Shown here: piece by piece, positions 52,661 to 64,000 of the stretch | Layout of the letters: each line of letters starts with the position of its first letter | How positions within the stretch are numbered: position 1 is the stretch's first letter | Origin: Daphnia carinata | Taxonomy: Eukaryota | Direction of reading: 5' to 3' | Length of the DNA stretch: 64,000 bases | NCBI RefSeq assembly: GCF_022539665.2 | Contig: NC_081333.1 | Coordinates: 10,354,001 to 10,418,000 of the forward strand | Program-made: the position numbers and the translations under genes | Notes under the pieces: generated by a model | The model's input: the letters and a program-made list of their open reading frames with translations, nothing else | What the model was told of the DNA's origin: nothing | Database searches by the model: none

Positions 52661-53626
52661 GTCTTTGTTGTGAAGCCCCTCCGCCCTGATGGGGGATACG
52701 TATTGTATCGCACCGTAATAGCAACTGGCTCCACTGGTTCTCACTGGGACGGATGAAATCCGGATCTCACCGAACCTCTTCGTTCTTATGCGCACGTCTT
52801 GGCGAATCATTTTCAATGATCTGTTCCATCATCTCTCCAGGAAGAAAAAAAATCAAGTCAGACAGACGTGCATCATTAGTTTAAGAAAGGCCTTTTCCAG
52901 TTGTGTTATGAACGGAAAAGATTTTGACTTTTGGTTCCGCTCATCATTCAACCACCACTTCCCTGGGCCGTCCACATTTTCTGTACCATAATGATGTTGT
53001 TGTTGTTTTCCAACTAATGACCGAAAAAGGATCAACTGATGATGATTATCAACCCCCTCCCCTATAAGACAGGTGTGCTGCGTCTATTGCATTCTGATGA
53101 AGGCGAAAGGACGAGAAGAAGAGATCCATCGCAACACGGACAAAATGGAGGGGCGGAGGATGATGGGGGGGCCTAACCGACACGTGTTATTGCCGCTTGT
53201 GGAATATCGAGAGAGGAAAAGGGACTGGCGGCTACCCTCTTCTCTTTTCTGCTGTGATGTTGACGGGTATTGATAGCGTTGCTAGTTCCAACAAACAACA
53301 ATAACAAAAGAATGAGACCCTCCTCTCTCTTTGACCGTTTACTTCTTCTTTGCTCTATCTGTCCTTTTTTTTGTGTGTATTCTCTGATGAACTTGCACGC
53401 GTGTCCAAGACATCAGATTGTTCCAAATCAGCACGAGGCACCGGGAGACTTGGAGCCGGAGATGATGTGTTTACATTCGTTTTTGTTCCGCAACAGCTTC
53501 GAATTCTTTGGTGGCCATTTTGCGGTGTGGACGTTTGATCAAAATTTGGGGGCCAGCCGTTGTTGGTTTGACGGACAAGAGATGAACAGCTGCCAAAAAT
53601 GGGGATGTCCAGTGTGGGGAGAAGAG

Positions 53627-53630
<4 letters not shown>

Positions 53631-53678
<48 letters not shown>
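53631..53678. repeat. (GT)24 microsatellite
   Basis: Direct reading. It is the longest of many (GT/CA)n tracts (others near 934, 19019, 42641, 52203). Confidence 0.95.
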
Positions 53679-53681
<3 letters not shown>

Positions 53682-53975
53682 CAAGTCGATCGATACCGGT
53701 TGATTGATCCGTCTGCGACGCCCTTCCGGCGCCGATCCAAGCCCAGGCGATAAAACCTATTGTGTTATATATATATATATATACATAACTGTACGTCTGT
53801 ACGAATCTATTTTTATTTGAAAAAGAAAAAAATTAAAACAAAAGCGGATAAGAAGATAATGATGACGAAGAAGAAATCCGCCGACGTCAACATGTACACA
53901 AATCTCTGTGGAGCTAAAGAGGCGCGCACGCACGAGACAACAGCAGCTATGGGAGGATCGATCGCGATTCCCCAC

Positions 53976-53991
53976 TCGTAAATCAATGACA
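53976..53991 (-). promoter_or_regulatory. Exd-Hox site TGATTTACGA with adjacent Hth/Meis core TGACA
   Basis: + strand reads TCGTAAATCAATGACA. Motif match only. Confidence 0.35.
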
Positions 53992-56900
53992 ATCAAAAAA
54001 AACGTCTAGATATGTGTGTGTGTGTGTGTGTGTGTGTCTGTGTGTGACGTAACGTGTCACTAGAAGCCGAAAAATGATGGGAGAATAAGGAATGCGGCTT
54101 TTTGAAGAGGACGGCATCGAAAACAAAAGAGGCAGCGATTATACATCGGCATCTCTTTCTCATCGTGACAGCCATCACAATGTCCTCATTTTCTCATTGG
54201 TTCTCTTTCAGTCTATGGTCAAAGCCCCTTTTTTTTAAACATCCAGCAACCACTAGCAGTCCAACGAACGTAACGAGTTTTTTTCCCTTGAATTTATTAA
54301 TCCATTTATGTCGCATTTTACTTCGTAAAGTCTTTTTCTTTATGCTCTTATTTTTCGTTCATTTCTTACTCATTCTTCCTGATGATTTTCTCACTGACTA
54401 ACGTTCAATTTATATCTTCTTTTTTTTTTTTTTTCCTCAAATGAACAAAAAAAGAGTAGGAAAATGTAAGGATGTCGATGATTACAGTGAACGGATAAAG
54501 CACACGCTCAATCCAAACTCAATCAAGCTGAAGAGGGAGGGGGGGGGGGCCAAGATGATGATGGCGATCGGAAGTTTGGTCGGAATCTCTTCAGCAACGA
54601 CTCATCTTTCACAAGAGTTGAAAGAAAAAAAAAACTTTTAGTTTGCCCTGTTTTGTCTCTTCTTTCTTTACTATTATTTCCCAGTCTTTTTGAGCGCCGG
54701 CCAACAGGAGTAATAGCAGTAGTCTTCTTTTTTTTATATTTATTTTCACTATTTTCTTTCTTTTTTTTTTTTTTGTTCATGTGTGTGTGTGTTGTATACG
54801 ATGATAGATAACTTATCCGTAGCTCCGGAATGAAAACGGACACAGCAAACGACGGCCCGCGCGAACGACGCGGCCCTTGAATCATCGAACAGCGCCCCGC
54901 CAGGCCATATATCGCGGAGCAAATCGTGTGACACCAAATCTATATCGACATCCTATACCATTTCACAATTGAATGGAAAAAGAAATCATTGAAAGAAATG
55001 AACATAAAAATTGAGGGTATATATACTGTATATATATATATATATACATTTATTTCCCAACTGACACGCCCTGCTTTTCCGCTCTGGTTCGACAAACCTT
55101 TTACGATTTTCGAACTTTTTTTTTGTGTGTGTTTTGTTTTGTTACTAAGAAAGAAAAAAAAAACAGATTGTGCGCGAGCTCACACACAGCGTCTTTTCTC
55201 GACAATGAGAGAGAAAAAAAGAACAACACTGCATCGATGAGAGAGTTACTCTCCAATCGGAGCTAATTATTTTAACGACTCGAACCATTTTTTTTTTAAG
55301 TACTTAAAAAAAAAAATAGATATAAACGGGGGGAGGAAGAGAGAGAATAAGGCAACATCGAAGTTTGATGAGCCGATGTTTTATGACCGTCGATTCCCAC
55401 CCACTAGTTTCCCCTTCTAACCAAAGTATCTTTTTTCTCCATAATTTGTAATTAAGCGCAAGACATGTATTCCTTTTTTTTCTTTCTTCATATAAAAAAA
55501 GAACAAAAACGAGAGAGAAACGTTCTCGTTTGAAAAGATTTTTGTTGAAAAATTTCGTAATTTTTTTTTATTTTGTGAAGATTTTTATGGATTTTTGTTG
55601 GGTGCTTTCTTTTTATTTTGTCACGACAATGTTTGGAAATCAGGAAAAAAGATTACACGGTCCAAGCGTCTCTCTCTGTGTGTAGGTGCATGTGTTGTAA
55701 CAGAACGTTTTGGCTGGGTCGATGTGTCGTCATCAACGGTTACCTGTTGCTGCCTGTCGGTGTGAACATTCGTGCGCTCCCTTTTTTTTTTTTTTCCTGA
55801 GAAATAGAGTCACGACGAACTCAACGGCTGGCAACTCTCGGGGATCCTGTTGGCTCTGCATTTTTTATCCCTTCAAGTTATTTTTTTTTTTTCGCGATTC
55901 ATTGGCGTTGGTGGCGCTGGGTTCTCATTGTTCCGTGAAGGGCAACACGTCGCAATCGGTCAAAAATATAGTTTTCAAAATACATGTTTTTTGAAACTCG
56001 CCTCGAGCAGACAAAAAAATATATGAAAGACAAGAAAGTATAAAGAGAAAAGTTTTATGATAAAAGAGAGCGATGGACGACCCCCCTCTCATCTGCGCTT
56101 CTCTCTCTCTCTCTCTTTTGGTTCGCTCGCAAGACATCCAATATTTTCAATTGATTTACTTTTTCCGCCGACAAGTCGACCGTGAACCTTGAATGGACCA
56201 GCCATTTATTATGAATGTCGCTCGGGAAAAATGAAATAAAGGCAAACGAAAGAAGCCGAAGAAATGAAAGAACAAAAAAAAAAAAATAAACCAAAATAGG
56301 CGACAGCTGATAGATAAATAATGATGCCAACTGTCGTGATGGATGATCGGTTGGCGGGACTATTTTTTTTTTTGTTGTTTTCTTTCATTTTCTTTTTGGC
56401 CACGATGGCCATCAAGATGTCATTGTCTGAAGCGCTGGCTTGGAAATGGTCAAAGATGGCCACCCCTCTGTGTCTCCTTGACGATGAGGAATCAGAACAC
56501 CTTTAGCATCACGTACGTCCACAGTTACACACAGAGAGCTCACAAGTGAACGAGAGATGATGATGCGTACAGGGCGGACAAGAGGCGAGCCAAGAGGAGG
56601 AACATTAGTCTCCGCCAACCGTTGCAAAGAGGAAAAAAACAAAACACAGCGGGTTGTCTTCTGCTCTAGTCTGTCGTGCGGTTTTTCTTATTTTTGTTTT
56701 TCTTTTTCTTAGAAAAAAAAATGCTGAGGCTGTTAAAAAAAAAAAAAAAGAAGAACCCCATTTTGCTTAGCTCAACACCTGAGAATCCTCGAGCGGCAAA
56801 CTCTCGGAGACAGACAGAAAGGGAACAAGTCATAGTTTTTCGTATATAGTTAGGAGGAACCTATAAGAGTAATGCGGACGGGGTACACATAAAAATGGTG

Positions 56901-59900
56901 GAAAAAAGGTCTCCAACTAAGACAGTGGGGGGACCTGGAAAAAAAAAATTATTAAATTTTGAAGAAAAAAAAGAGGGGGGGAAAAACACAGCGTGGAGAA
57001 GGTGGTGGGATTAATAGTGGAAATAAAAAAAGGCTGCCATTTATTCACTCAAGAGGCTATTGTTGTGTACGACTACTAGTTTGCCTTTTTGTACGTTTTT
57101 TTATGACCGCCGAGTTCCCGCCACGGAGCGCTGATGACGTTCCATCATGTGTAGTTATACACGTTGGGCTCTGTTGTTTTTTTACGATTCGGATCGCATT
57201 ATTTTATAGATATATATGTTGCTCGGTATTTTCTCACTCGTTATCCAAGTAAAAACTCGTAAAAACCGAGGGGGGAAAAATTACCGGCTCGATAAATAAT
57301 GCATCAAATGACTTGAACGGATCAAAGAAACAAAACAAGAATGAGACGAGAGAAAAGAAAAGCCAAAGTCAGAGACACCAACCGCAGCAATGGTGGCATT
57401 ATGGGAGGAAGTGGCGCACTTTGCTCATTTTTTGTTTTTTTGTTCCCTTCGTTTTTTAAACTGTGTAAGTTCTGTCGTATTAATGTCGACGTCTGCGTTC
57501 ATATCTGTAAATGTCTGCGTATTTTTTCGAGAATTTTTTTTCATTTCTTCCGGGTGTGAACTGAGAAAAAAAAAACGACGTTATAAAAACTATAAAACAA
57601 GAACCAAATGATCGCATGACTTAAAAATAACGCGAGAAAACATTAAATGAGGTCTCGGCCAATCGACGATCGAGTTTGACGTTGCAAGACGCTCGTCTAT
57701 AGGTTTCCGTATGGGCGCGATGGCCGATCCCCCCTCTTGGTTTTTCACCAAAGAAAATGTGTTGGCGAGGATGGCGCCGAGTTCAGGCGTCGGCATCTTC
57801 GTCGACAATGAATCAATCCTTGCTCGTTTCTCTTTCCATGTTATTATTTCTCATTCGAAATTGAATTCATCTCTGCCCCGACGATCGCGTTCGTTCATTA
57901 AGAGCCCAATGATGTTCCACCTTTTTAACTATCGCCGCCTAATGATGTTTCGGTCTGAAATCTATTAGTTAGAACACGCACAGCCGACGTAAGATCAAAA
58001 ATAAGCGAAACAAAAAAAAAAAATGTGGAAATTAAATAAGACACACAAAAGGGTCGTCGAGGTCCAGGATCAAGACCTATGTTTTTCTTTTTTTGTTTCC
58101 TCGACCAAACATGGTTGTCGTTCAACTTTATTTGTTCCAATCATTCTTTTTCATTTATTGTTATTTATTTTTGTTGCTTTAAAATCTGAAATAAAAATAC
58201 TGCCTCCCATCTATCTGCCAACTCTTTCTAAACGGGCCACATTTCTTTAAAGAAGACAAACGCGAAAAGAAAGTCTAAAATGGCCGACAGGTCGGAAGAA
58301 AAAAGTTCGTTATTGATGAACATCATTAAACTACCTGTACCGACTACTGCAACTACTCATCGCTTACGTGCATTGCCGGATTGCTGAGAACGGAAACGAG
58401 GATTGCTCGTGTAAAAGACACAAAGAATCTACAGAATAAATTCGACAACTATAGCATGTAGAAAGCCAAGTGTGGCAGCTGCGACTCTACAGCATAATAA
58501 AGAGACGATAAAAGAAGTGGAGGAGCCCCAAAGTTAAACGTGGTGGGAGATCAACGAGACGTGAAAATTACCCGACAATTACACCTTGATTATCTCCCTT
58601 CTGCTCGCCTTCATTTTCTCGACCAAATTGATATTTAAAAGAAGAGGGGCAAGATGAGCAACGATAGGTTCAAAAACCCTTTTTTTTTCTTACTTGTTAT
58701 CATTTCATTCCCTCCTTGTTCTATCAAAAACTCCCCCACAGAACCCCCTGCCATCGCCAGCCATCAGTCGCCTGTTCTCCTTCTGTTCTTTCTTTTTTTT
58801 TTTTTTTTTATTCTTCTTCATTACAAATTAATTATTTTCGTGAGAAGAGTATGGAAAAAAGAAAACGAAGCAGGGGGGCCTTTGCAACACATCGGGAGTC
58901 GTCTTTATTTTCGGGCTTACTTCATTCTTCATCTCTCCTGGTCTTTTTTTTTCTACGTCGTTTTAACACATTTCTCGGTCTTCAATCGTTATCCCTTTGG
59001 TTTCGTTTTATTGCTTTTTTACATCTTTGAAAAGGACTTTGTGAATTATTGTTTCCTGCCTTTACGAAATGAGGCAGCCACCAGGAAAAAAATAAAAACT
59101 AGAACCCCCCCTCCGCACCTATGCGAAAGAGAAGGGCATCATCAAGATAAAAAAAAAAACAGAGGCATTGGGCAGCAGTTTCCGATCTACCTCGTTATTT
59201 TTAAACCCTTGTTGAAGTGCAGTCTTTCATCAAGTAGCTTCTCCTAAACTCAGCCTCCTAACTGAAAAAAAAACTGAACGGTTAATTCACAATGATATCT
59301 ACAACGTAATTGCATTTGGAAAGGCCATTTTTATCTGGTTGTTCTTTTTCTTTCTCTTCCATATCGGTGAATAGCGGGCCATGGGAAAACTATTGAATAT
59401 TAACCAGTTAAGATTTCCATCTGGATTCTTTTTTTTTTTTTAATTCCGATTTGTTTCGATGATTTTTTGTCTTTTCCCCAATAAATGAGATGCTCAAGAT
59501 GTCTGTGTATATTTTTTTTTTTTTTGCGAAAAACGTTTTCCATCTGGCGCTATCGTTGTCTGCATGATTGGAAGCCATTAGTGAACCACTTGTTTCCTTA
59601 CTTGTTCTACAACCTTGATTGAGGTTCGCTTTTTCTTGCTGCGTTTTCCCAGTGAAAAAAAAAAAATACAAAATCCATTTTTCATTGTTGTCTTCTTTCA
59701 TTTTTGCTGTTGGCTTTTCTTCTGTTTTATTTGTTCTCGTTTTTTATTTTCTCTTAATTTCAATGCGCTCTCGTCCGGCGCGATGAATTATTGCGTTTTT
59801 TTTCTTTTGTTTTCGACTCGTTTGTGGATGTCCTTCCCCTCTTGTCTTGCAAGGGCAGAAGATATGAGAAGGCAACTGTCGAATATTTCATCCGATCATA

Positions 59901-62900
59901 ATTCATGTCAAGAGAAAAACTACAACACAACAAAGAAAAAAAAAAAGTTTGAGTCAGCGAGAGTCCCGTCCTGCCAGGCTCGAAGGTGTCCGACCGCAAA
60001 AAAGAAACAAAAAAATTAATAAATAAAAAAGAAAAGAAGAAGAAGAATACGAAGAGGTACTCTGGTGGGCTCCGGCTTCTCATTAGGCGACAGCTTTTGT
60101 TCTGCCATGTCACAATCACATAATTCTTCTTCTTTAGCTTCACCAGAGTCGTCTATCCTTCTTCTCCATGTTTCCTTTTTTTTTTCTCTCTTTCATTGAT
60201 GAACGCAATTTTACGGCCAGACAAAAAAGGAAAAGAAACAAACAAACACGTAGTGCGGCCCGCCTTATATCTCACGACCAACACCGTTTATTTTACACGT
60301 AAAACAATTAAAAACAAAAATACTAATGAGGTCCCGTTTGACTTTATCGATTTTTGTTGGCTAGTCTAATCATTAATAAAAACCCCTGCAATGGCAGTAC
60401 GAGCGTAAAACATAAAACTTGAAATTTCATAAAATGGGGAATTTCTAACTGTCGGACGAGTTCGATAAATTACGTGTTTCTTAAACATCTTGTGCATTGC
60501 AACGAATTTGAATTTGGACGTGGGAACCAAAATTGATTTGCTGTGATGAGAAAAAAAAAATATATACAGTATATATGGATTTGTTACTGCCCAACTCTTT
60601 TCCATTCGCAATATCATTTTCATAAACCATATATGTATTTTTGATAAACAGGGGAACCACCCCTGTCTGCAGGTGACACTAACACCTGAAATCATTAATG
60701 TACCATCGTATTTGTACGTTGTCCCTCCTTTTTCTGTTTTCAAAACGTATCATCTCGGATATATACACCCAAACGACCGGATGTGCTAGTGTTCTTATTA
60801 TAATTCACACACACATACACACACACACACATAAACAGGTAACAACCTTTCCTGCCTGCCCACTTTAAATGAAAAACCAAAATCAATTTTGGTTGTACGT
60901 GGAGGTGGCAGTGGATGGGACTTTTATACGCAACAGCATTTATAAATAAAGAAGCTCCAGCTCGGTTCGATGTTTTATTATTTTTAATAGTTTAAACACG
61001 AGAGAGAAGAACACGGAGGCATGTGCAACCCTTTTGGCATTTGTTGTTGTTCAGTCTTGTTGCCTTGTTTTTAATATCTCACCTTTATCTCTCATAAAAC
61101 ACATGACAAACTGCTGTTGTTCTTTTTGAACTGAGCGAGAAGGAGGAGGAAGACCGAGCCCATCGCACAGATGATTGCCGTGGCGTTATGTTTTTTCTTT
61201 AAATAAAAAAATATTCTTTTTGTCATTAACATTTTTTGAGGGGCATTCCGCCGAACGGTAAGACAACAATGAAAAAAGACACCCATGACGTGTAATGTAT
61301 CAAAATTATATAAATAGAAAATAAATCACATACTCTATTTCATTTTGCACCACAAATAAGTGTTACTATACACACATATAGGATACGTATTATTAGAATG
61401 TTGTTGTTTTCCCATCATCCACGCCATACAAAATACAACACGGGATTCAATGCGTTGCAATGCAACAGGCCGGTGTCATCGTACGTCATCGTTTGTTATA
61501 CTCTTGCGGTTTCTGTCGTGCAACAGACTCGTTTTGTTTTGAAATTCTCTCTCGCAATCCCAATGTTTTCCCTCTCGTGAAGTTTGATTTCAATACTTTG
61601 AGACGATTTAAATTTATCCATTTTCTCTTATACACAAAGTGAGGAGCTAGAAATGCACACTCAGGTGAGAGGTAAACACCATATTCTAGTACTTATTATT
61701 ATTTTTTAAAAATAATTTATTGCTTAAGTTAACATTTTTTTTTTTGTTTTTAAGAAATAATTATCTCCCTTTTTTTTATGATGGAGAGGAAGGGGAGGGG
61801 GGGGTCGTGTAGTAGCTCTGTGTACATGTGAGGTGCGATGGAGATTATAGAGCTATAATAAAAATAGACCCTGAAAAAAAAAGAAGAACGTAACGACCGA
61901 AATGTTTGATCCACGGGTGGTTGTGTTTTTGTAATCCTTTTCCTCTCCTCGTTGTCGTCTCGTTCTTCATTCGCCCGTCTCTCTCCCTTCTCCGTCCGGT
62001 TGCATCGTAACCAATTAGACAGTAGCCCCCAAACAATATTTTTTTTAATGACTTTTCTATCGTCTTTTCTTCTTTCAATTTTTTCTTCTCCACCGTATTT
62101 CTTCTTTTATTTTCATTTGATAATATGCTACTCTTTTACACCACTCCCACTAGCCTTGCTCTTAAACGACAGTTCATCGTCAACCTGCGCGACCACTAAT
62201 GGATAGTTTAGAGTAATAAGGTAAAAGAGCGAATTGGGACAGCGTTTGGGCTAACAGCCTTTCTTATGGGGAATGCGTGTAAAGCCGATCTGCTAATTTC
62301 GGACAAAAACCCTAATTCATTGGACATTTCTACTAATTCTGGACAGTCTTATTTTTAAAAACTAATTTATTCATTCGATTCAGTTTTTAATTCTGAATCG
62401 AATAGCTTAAGACACCGAAGGGGGTGCAATAGAAAAATATTGCGAAATTTATGTTTCAACAACCAAAACAATGAGCTGTCAAAACGAGACTTCATTTTTC
62501 AGGCCTGGTAACTTGCAATTGAAATTCACCCCAAAAACATAAAATATGGATTTTTAAAATTGTATTAAACACTTCGCTCTTTAAGTAGCCAATAGGTTAT
62601 AGGTTCCACGGTAAAAACGAAAAAATAAATGTGATTCAAATTTTCGAGAAAAAAGCATAAGCACTTCCCGTAAACACGCCGTAATGTCCGAAATTTTAAA
62701 CCGAAAAAAATTGTTTTTAACTTGCCCTATCCTACCAAATATCGCCGTAAGAATGTTCGTCGACTGTTTCGTAACAATGCGTTAAAATTTGTTACTAACG
62801 TAGACATATACTATTCATTTAATTGCTGACTGATTTTAGTCTATTTTCCCATAAGTTCCCATGACGCTAAATCTGGACAGCAGACTATATTGATTTGTAT

Positions 62901-62924
62901 AAGTTGTATACCAAAAATTACAAA

Positions 62925-62996
62925 ACGTTCATAGCACAGTCATAAGGCTTTGGCGTGCAAGTTTGAAAGTCGGTGGTTCAACCCTACATAGTGACT
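62925..62996 (+). pseudogene. Degenerate tRNA-like cassette, repeat unit 1
   Basis: A-box-like TAGCACAGTCA (62932) and B-box GGTTCAACCCT (62975), 43 nt apart. Stems pair poorly. Confidence 0.55.
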
Positions 62997-63300
62997 GATT
63001 GTATTTCTTTGCTTATATATTTCAGCTCACTCTTTTTAACCATACGAAATTTTTTTTTTCAAGAGAGATTGTTAATTCATTTTAATCATCCAAAGCTAAC
63101 ATTTTTCCAATTATTATTACTTCCTGGGTTCGCCTAAATTCCGGTTATAAATCAGAAACTTCATCACCTTAGCCAGCTTACAATATTCATCTAACCTGTG
63201 ATTGCAATTTTCATATTTTTTACATAAGCTCCCATGGCACTAATTTGGGACATCAGACAATAAACTAAATAACGTTGGTAGGTTGTGTTTCTATTATCAA

Positions 63301-63372
63301 TCAACAGTGGCTTAGTCGTACGGTGTTGGAACACCAACTCGAAGGTTGGTGGTTCAATACCAGTTGGGGCTC
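63301..63372 (+). pseudogene. Degenerate tRNA-like cassette, repeat unit 2
   Basis: A-box TGGCTTAGTCG (63308), B-box GGTTCAATACC (63351), variable-loop-like AGGTT, partial anticodon and T stems, and a T7 run at 63384-63390. Confidence 0.65.
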
Positions 63373-63659
63373 TTGTGCAAATGTTTTTTTATTACTTGTA
63401 ATTTTTAATCTTATTTTGTGAGATTTTATACAATCGCCAAAGACACTTTAAACAAACGCAATATCAACAAATCTTGGTATTAATAGATTCGTTTAAATGT
63501 TCTCCACAGGGCTGTTAAATATTTTATGAAAATCATATGACAATATTCATCTAACCAATGATTTAAATTCTTATATTTTTTACATAAGCCCCCGTGACGC
63601 TAATTTGGGACAGTAGACTACATACAAGTAGACATGTTATGCTTTTCAATAGTTTTATA

Positions 63660-63731
63660 CTAACCATGGCATAATCGTAAGATGTTGAATTGCCAACCAA
63701 AAGGCTAATGGTTCTATACCGTATGGAAACT
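63660..63731 (+). pseudogene. Degenerate tRNA-like cassette, repeat unit 3
   Basis: A-box-like TGGCATAATCG (63667) and B-box-like GGTTCTATACC (63710), 43 nt apart. The anticodon-loop position reads TTGCCAA. Confidence 0.55.
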
Positions 63732-64000
63732 ATACAACAACTTGTATTTTCTTATTTTTGAATTTTTTCGTATTTGATGAGATATTTTAAAATCAATAAG
63801 AACATCTTAAACTAAAGCAATATCATCAATACTGGTATAAATAGATTCGTTTAAGTTTCCTCTACATGGCTGTTAAATATTTTATGAAAATCATATGAAA
63901 ATATTTATATAATGGGTGATTTTAATTCTTATATTTTTTACGTAAGCTCCCGTGACGCTAATTTGGGACAGCAGACTACATAAAAAAAGACATGTTAAGC

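Larger units (their letters stand above)
62219..64000. mobile_element. Possible non-autonomous DNA transposon (left end ~62219) carrying the tandem array; incomplete
   Basis: Composition changes abruptly after TA|AGGTAAAAGAGCGAATTGGGACAG. Four subterminal variants of a CTAATT..GGACA motif lie within 130 bp and the same motif recurs in each tandem unit. No transposase and no second end are visible. Confidence 0.4.
62805..64000. repeat. Tandem array of ~360-bp diverged units (about 3.3 copies, runs off the window end)
   Basis: The anchor CCC(A/G)TG(A/G)C(G/A)CTAA(T/A)T(T/C)(G/T)GGACA recurs with its CTAA at 62867, 63240, 63600 and 63958. Segment 63181-63540 aligns at a +360 offset with 63541-63900; for example ATAGATTCGTTTAA and GGCTGTTAAATATTTTATGAAAATCATATGA occur in both. 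The first unit is more diverged. Confidence 0.9.

Noticed and set aside
40425..62206. ORFs downstream of the gene (e.g. 42870-43463, 58654-59247)
   Set aside because: Low-complexity T-rich frames that lack stops by chance. The hydrophobic look comes from poly-T.
62925..63731. Functional tRNA genes
   Set aside because: Acceptor, D and anticodon stems are mismatched, the D-loop GG is missing, and the anticodons disagree between copies.
62860..63975. CRISPR-like repeat-spacer array
   Set aside because: The period is ~360 bp, the inter-motif sequence is homologous between units, the context is eukaryotic, and there are no cas genes.

Overview
Eukaryotic (arthropod-like) genomic DNA, AT-rich, not CpG-depleted, and saturated with poly-A/T tracts and microsatellites; the style suggests a small-genome crustacean such as Daphnia, which is a guess. 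The only supportable protein-coding gene is a + strand teashirt/tiptop (TSHZ-family) zinc-finger transcription factor: a 78-bp exon (36627-36704), a 122-bp intron and a 3.6-kb terminal exon (36827-40401). I found no convincing start exon, so the first ~36.6 kb is probably a giant first intron. It contains candidate recursive-splicing ratchet points (best at 8349/8350, another at 475/476). The flanking gene desert carries several textbook Exd/Pbx-Hox and Exd-Hth composite sites. The last ~1.8 kb is a distinct repeat element: a motif-rich putative transposon end followed by a ~360-bp tandem array in which each unit holds a degenerate tRNA-like Pol III A/B-box cassette. All other ORFs in the track look spurious. 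No prokaryotic systems (CRISPR, operons, defence genes) are visible.
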